The notes below the pieces were generated by a model. It did not search any database, was not told the origin of the DNA, and saw only the letters and a list, made by a program, of their open reading frames with translations. Positions 45,981 to 47,500 of a DNA stretch of 47,500 nucleotides are shown here, piece by piece; the stretch's first letter is position 1, and the number at the start of each line of letters is the position of its first letter. The stretch covers positions 1-47,500 of the forward strand of contig JBHLQH010000025.1 in the NCBI GenBank assembly GCA_048884965.1, given 5' to 3'. A program made the position numbers and the translations under genes. The DNA comes from Candidatus Thorarchaeota archaeon (GTDB lineage: Archaea; Asgardarchaeota; Thorarchaeia; Thorarchaeales; Thorarchaeaceae).

Positions 45981-46835
45981 TTAGTGAAGATGATCGTTTA
46001 GATTTGCTCGAACATAGATCTCTTGCTTTGGCGACCCTTCTGCAAAATCACCCATATACTTGGTCCATTTCTCAGAAGCAGAAATCTCCTCTCCTAGGAA
46101 ATCTGGTCTTCTAGATTTTAAGTAGCGTAAGTAGTAATTCGTGAATTCTCTTTCCGAGGTCCCACTGAATAGGTACGTCGGCATAAGAGACTCTACTTTT
46201 CCAAGAGCAAATATCATACCTTTTGTGGCGCCCACTCCAGAGCGCTCAGCCAGACTACCGCAGACAATTATTGTTCCTCCTTTCATCTTCGCTGCAGCAA
46301 GCTCTCCTACATTCCCTTTGACTGCAATGAATCCCTTTCGCATCTGCGAAGCCATCTCTCTTCCTACGTTCCCTGAAACATAGACACGTCCACCAGACAT
46401 ACCTTCGATGCTACCTCTGTACCCAGCACAAAGCCGGTCACCAGCGTCACCTTCTATTTGGATATTGCCTCCCGCCATCTCAGTGGCAGCCCAAGGTCCC
46501 ACAGATCCCTTGACATGAATCCTGCCAGCGATCATCTCCGCGCCAAGATACATGCCTACATCGCCATCAATGGTGATTTGACCTCCATTCATTCCCTTTC
46601 CAATCATTTTGACCTTCTGAAGGTTTCCTGAAATAGAAATCTCAGTAGTGTCAGGAGAATCTCCTGCCTCGCCAGAGATCTTGAAGAACTCTCCAAGCTC
46701 AAGGAACTTGTTCCCTTGAAGGATAGGAAGTTTTCCGATCTCAGAAGTCGATTTCCCCGCGAAGTGACTTGGTGTTATAGTATCAGCTTCGATAGGTAAA
46801 TCAGGTTCTTTTGTAAGAATAAGACTCACAGTCAT
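45981..46835 (-). CDS. fwdC: formylmethanofuran dehydrogenase subunit C
   Basis: IEAD.I.P, GN....L.EFF.I.G, repeated G..M.GG.I.I.G, YRGS..GM.GG. Confidence 0.92.
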   Translation of the reverse strand: MTVSLILTKEPDLPIEADTITPSHFAGKSTSEIGKLPILQGNKFLELGEFFKISGEAGDSPDTTEISISGNLQKVKMIGKGMNGGQITIDGDVGMYLGAEMIAGRIHVKGSVGPWAATEMAGGNIQIEGDAGDRLCAGYRGSIEGMSGGRVYVSGNVGREMASQMRKGFIAVKGNVGELAAAKMKGGTIIVCGSLAERSGVGATKGMIFALGKVESLMPTYLFSGTSEREFTNYYLRYLKSRRPDFLGEEISASEKWTKYMGDFAEGSPKQEIYVRANLNDHLH

Positions 46836-46937
46836 CGGTCTGACCTTCAGATATCATTGCATATGTCCCTCATAAACGCTATGGCGGAACAAAGAAATGG
46901 GGGAAATGTATCATATTCGAACATTCGAGGTGAAAAA

Positions 46938-47500
46938 ATGGAGATAAACGGAGTCCCAATTGAGGATACTTTTGCGGAAGCATTCAGCATGCACATGAAT
47001 CGGACTATCATTACGGCATACGATGAGGAATGGGCACGAGTGACTGCCCTTGAAACCACCGGATTTGGGACTTCAGTAATCATGACCCCCTCTGAAGCGG
47101 GGATTGAATATGTATTGAAGCCCAGTGAAACCCCTGACGGTCGTCCTGGTGTTAGGGTCATCTTTGCCACTGCAAAGGATGAAGCACTTGAGAAACAGCT
47201 CCTTGCAAGGATTGGACAATGCATCCTTACAAGTCCAACCGCATGTGCCTATGATGATACGCCTAACGCAAAGGATACCTACAAGGTCGGCAAGCTCATC
47301 GCAATGTTCGGGGATGGACATCAGACAAAGAAGGGTCCTATCGATGGGCGTGTTCTTTGGATGGTACCTCGTATGAGCGGCACATTCGTCGTTCAAGAGA
47401 GCTTTGGACGTACCAAGGGTGTTGCTGGCGGGAATATCATCTACAGTTGTAGGGATATCAAAAGTGGAATGGAAAGTGGCAAGGCTGCTGTCAAAGCGAT
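46938..47500 (+). CDS. ftr: formylmethanofuran:H4MPT formyltransferase (truncated by window end)
   Basis: manual translation MEINGVPIEDTFAEAF...TGFGTSVIM.P.EAGIE...ETPDGRPG...RIGQCILTSPT...FGDG...GVAGGN; SD GAGGTG; not in ORF track. Confidence 0.95.
   Translation, partial: MEINGVPIEDTFAEAFSMHMNRTIITAYDEEWARVTALETTGFGTSVIMTPSEAGIEYVLKPSETPDGRPGVRVIFATAKDEALEKQLLARIGQCILTSPTACAYDDTPNAKDTYKVGKLIAMFGDGHQTKKGPIDGRVLWMVPRMSGTFVVQESFGRTKGVAGGNIIYSCRDIKSGMESGKAAVKA

Noticed and set aside
1-47500. CRISPR array, tRNA, rRNA, IS elements
   Set aside because: No regularly spaced repeats, cloverleaf/T-loop signatures, rRNA-like segments or transposase motifs seen by eye; a covariance-model scan would be needed to exclude small RNAs.

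Overview
Archaeal chromosomal window, most likely an Asgard archaeon (probably Thorarchaeia). This is inferred from the combination of eL15/RNase P proteins, archaeal uL3-uL4-uL23-uL2, cdrS-ftsZ, an SmAP3-type Lsm, H4MPT/methanofuran C1 genes (mch, fwdC, ftr), a standalone LRR protein and a longin-like protein. Housekeeping blocks (1.2-9.7 kb, 33.5-39.6 kb, 41.8-47.5 kb) surround an accessory region (~11.5-30 kb) of small mixed-orientation genes (GNATs, isochorismatase, SDR, SRPBCC, DinB, NTF2-like, methyltransferase/TetR). I saw no rRNA, tRNA, CRISPR array, transposase or integrase. Main highlights: (1) one mvhD gene is split into a 5' remnant (promoter plus first codons, 20297-20404) and a 3' remnant (15518-15883), and the ~4.4 kb between them carries an intact, synonymously diverged mvhD; (2) a HypD-like glycyl-radical enzyme whose catalytic CxE motif reads CVT; (3) candidate structured ribosomal-protein leader RNAs before rpl15e and rpl3; (4) three genes absent from the ORF track (cdrS, a 49-aa zinc-ribbon microprotein, and ftr, which runs off the window edge); (5) a DtxR-type box, a pair of TetR operators and a His-rich MFS transporter near an FTR1 iron permease. 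All family calls come from motif recognition by eye, not from database searches.
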